This document shows positions 59,964 through 62,080 of a DNA stretch of 62,080 nucleotides, in pieces. The stretch is from Dyella sp. GTDB taxonomy: Bacteria > Pseudomonadota > Gammaproteobacteria > Xanthomonadales > Rhodanobacteraceae. The notes under the pieces are model-generated. The model did no database searches, was not told the DNA's origin, and saw only the letters and a list, made by a program, of their open reading frames with translations. The translations under genes and the position numbers were made by a program. Where the stretch lies: NCBI RefSeq assembly GCF_035508675.1, contig NZ_DATJMN010000008.1:1-62080 (forward strand), in the 5' to 3' direction. Position 1 is the first letter of the stretch, and each line of letters begins with the position of its first letter.

Positions 59964-62080
59964 CACGCCCCGGACGCACGCGCACCAAGCAGACCACGCA
60001 ACAGTTGGATCTCGGCCATCATGCCCTCAACCGCTTCCTTCAATTGAGCAACGTTCACCGCGTCAGTCAGTTCTGTACCCTTCGATACATGGATGATCTG
60101 CCGCGTGCCGACCGAACCGCCGCCGATGGAGATCGCGTTGCCACGGTCCGCCACCGCACCGTGACCCAGTGCAACACCGCCGATCGCCCCCGCCTCCACA
60201 CTCGCCTCCGCTCCCAGCGCCAGCGCATCGATCGCATCCGCGGTCACCATCGCAGCACGTCCGATCGCAATGCTGTTGTCGCTGCGCACCTTCACGCCTT
60301 CGCCCATCGCAATGGAGCTCTTGCCGATCGCCCAAGTATCGCGGCTGCCTACGGCCAGCGCGTGCTCGGCGTTGGCCTGCACCCGCGTGCCAAGCGCCAC
60401 TGCACGGGGCGCATTGGTCTGGACGTCCGCGCCCATGGCCACCGCATAGTCGTTATCCGCGCCCGTCCGCGCCCTGCGGCCCATGGCCACCGAATGATCC
60501 GCGTCGGCCACGTTGTCCAAGCCCATCGCCATCGCATTGCTGCCGTTGGCAAACGAGAACACCCCAAGCGCTGCCGCCGTGAACGCCTCCGGATCACCGC
60601 CGTTCAACGAGGCTACGTTCTTGCCGCTGCGGCCTTCAATGGCGCCATGGGGCTCATCTTCCACGTTCTTCACGCCGTTCGTGCCGCGAAGCGCATCCAG
60701 CGCCTTGCGTACGGCAAACAACTGGCCTCCGTTGACGGCATCCGTGCTGAGCGGACTAACGTCACCCTCTGCAACATTGATGATCCTGCGTTCGTAACCG
60801 GCGTAGCCTACGGAGAATACGTCGTCGTCATCGGCCACCGAGTTGTAGCCCACGGCCACCGAGCGGTTGCCCGAGACGGATGCACCGGTACCGATGGCCA
60901 CCGAAAAAACGGCCGTGGCACTGGTGTTCGAGCCGATGGAGACGGCATTGGTACCGTTCGCGTTGGCCTGGGTCCCGGTCGCATTGACCTTGATGTATTT
61001 CAGATTGATCGCGCCGCTGGTCAATTCGGTCTTCAGGTCGGTCAATCCGCTCGTCAATTGGGCCACGTTGACGCCGTCGTTATCCGCCTCTCCCGTGTCC
61101 ATGTTGTGCAACGGCACAGGCGGTGCACCCGTTCCGCCCAAGGTCACACCACTCTTTGCCGCGCTGTCGTAAGTGACTGCCAGGGATTCGCCGGTGGACG
61201 GATCGATCAGCCCGCTCGTGTCCAACGCATCCTTCAAGCCGTTGACGGTCTGTTCCACTCCATACAACTGCCCACCGTTCACCGCCTGCGTGCTGTCCGC
61301 CAATACCTCGCCATCCTTTACATTCGACATCGTCACCGGTGTGCCCGCATTGCCCAGCACGATCTCGGTCTTCGACGTGTCGTCGTAGGTCACCGCCAGC
61401 GATTCGCCAGTCGTCGGATCCAGCACACCGCTGTTATCCAGCGTGTCCTTCAGATCGCTGAGCGCTTGATCGACGGTGAACAACTGCGAACCATTCACCG
61501 CATCCGTGCTGGTGTCCGTCAATGCTCCCGCTTTCACGTTCGCCATCGTCACCGGCGTGCCCGTTGTACCGAGCGTGATATCGGTCTTCGAGGCATCGGC
61601 ATAGGTCACCGCCAGCGATTCGCCGGTCGCCGGATCCAGCACACCGCCGTCGTTCAATGCCTCCGTCAAATCACTGACCGCCTGATTCGTTGCGTACAGC
61701 TGCGCACCATTTACCGCTTCCGTGCTGCCGGAAGACGGATCGCCCGGCGCCACGTTCGATAGCGTCACCGGCGAGGTCGCATCCGTACCGCCCAACGTGA
61801 CGCGGTTCTTCGACGCACCGTCGTAGGTCACTGCCGCGATCGCCTGGCCCGTGTCCGCATCCACCAGGCCGGAGTCAGCCAATTGGCTATTGACCACCGT
61901 CAGGACATTGCTGAGCGCGTCGCCCACGTCGTGGGCAAGCAGCGTGCCCGTCACATACGACGGTGGCGTCACCGTGCCATCGGCATCCACGGCAGCGCCG
62001 CCACCCAGATCGCTAGCAATGCTTTGCGCAGTGCCGAACAACTGCGAACCATTGATGGCATCCATGCTGTCCATGTCCAC
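59963..62080 (-). CDS. YadA-like head/stalk protein without C-terminal anchor (3' part; 5' end outside window)
   Basis: Repeated DAVNGxQL necks, 72-aa acidic repeats, two head blocks; ends LKEAVEGMMAEIQLLRGLLGARASGA*. Confidence 0.88.
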   Translation of the reverse strand: MDMDSMDAINGSQLFGTAQSIASDLGGGAAVDADGTVTPPSYVTGTLLAHDVGDALSNVLTVVNSQLADSGLVDADTGQAIAAVTYDGASKNRVTLGGTDATSPVTLSNVAPGDPSSGSTEAVNGAQLYATNQAVSDLTEALNDGGVLDPATGESLAVTYADASKTDITLGTTGTPVTMANVKAGALTDTSTDAVNGSQLFTVDQALSDLKDTLDNSGVLDPTTGESLAVTYDDTSKTEIVLGNAGTPVTMSNVKDGEVLADSTQAVNGGQLYGVEQTVNGLKDALDTSGLIDPSTGESLAVTYDSAAKSGVTLGGTGAPPVPLHNMDTGEADNDGVNVAQLTSGLTDLKTELTSGAINLKYIKVNATGTQANANGTNAVSIGSNTSATAVFSVAIGTGASVSGNRSVAVGYNSVADDDDVFSVGYAGYERRIINVAEGDVSPLSTDAVNGGQLFAVRKALDALRGTNGVKNVEDEPHGAIEGRSGKNVASLNGGDPEAFTAAALGVFSFANGSNAMAMGLDNVADADHSVAMGRRARTGADNDYAVAMGADVQTNAPRAVALGTRVQANAEHALAVGSRDTWAIGKSSIAMGEGVKVRSDNSIAIGRAAMVTADAIDALALGAEASVEAGAIGGVALGHGAVADRGNAISIGGGSVGTRQIIHVSKGTELTDAVNVAQLKEAVEGMMAEIQLLRGLLGARASGA
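61030..61880 (-). repeat. About four tandem ~216-bp (72-aa) stalk repeats
   Basis: G[VL][LI]DPxTGESLAVTY...DAVNGxQL units; CGGATCCAGCACACCG at 61415 and 61631 (216 bp apart). Confidence 0.85.

Noticed and set aside
59852-61762. 636-aa plus-strand ORF
   Set aside because: Antisense to the YadA-like gene; its repeats merely mirror that gene.
61030-61880. Possible CRISPR-like periodicity
   Set aside because: 216-bp in-frame coding repeats with no unique spacers; no cas genes in the window.
62070-62080. Start codon of the 705-aa ORF
   Set aside because: Window-edge artefact; the reading frame begins mid-repeat and continues beyond the window.

Overview
High-GC gammaproteobacterial chromosome window. 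Gene content and order suggest Xanthomonadales, probably Rhodanobacteraceae (Dyella/Rhodanobacter-like); this is an inference. Most of it is core genome: lolC/E (partial), sdhCDAB-sdhE-ygfX, ygfZ, a SleB-like hydrolase, tatD, an emrRCAB-type efflux operon, phaR-phaB, kynurenine monooxygenase, ccmABCDEFGHI, a MetX-family acyltransferase, cysteine dioxygenase, tRNA-Leu(CAA), murJ-ribF-ileS-lspA, rpsT, rplU-rpmA-obgE and uvrA. Accessory content comprises a decayed island after tRNA-Leu, pgaABCD with a perfect CRP/Clp box, a complete Wadjet (jetABCD) anti-plasmid system, several REP/REPIN/MITE elements, a harpin-like orphan and two convergent YadA-family genes, one of which lacks a membrane anchor. 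The most striking unannotated signal is a 15-aa leader peptide ending in four consecutive Ile codons (MSTMPAVATTAIIII*). It overlaps the ribF stop and is followed by mutually exclusive RNA pairings directly upstream of ileS, making it a candidate ribosome-mediated Ile attenuator of isoleucyl-tRNA synthetase. All calls come from motif recognition by eye; no searches or folding were run.
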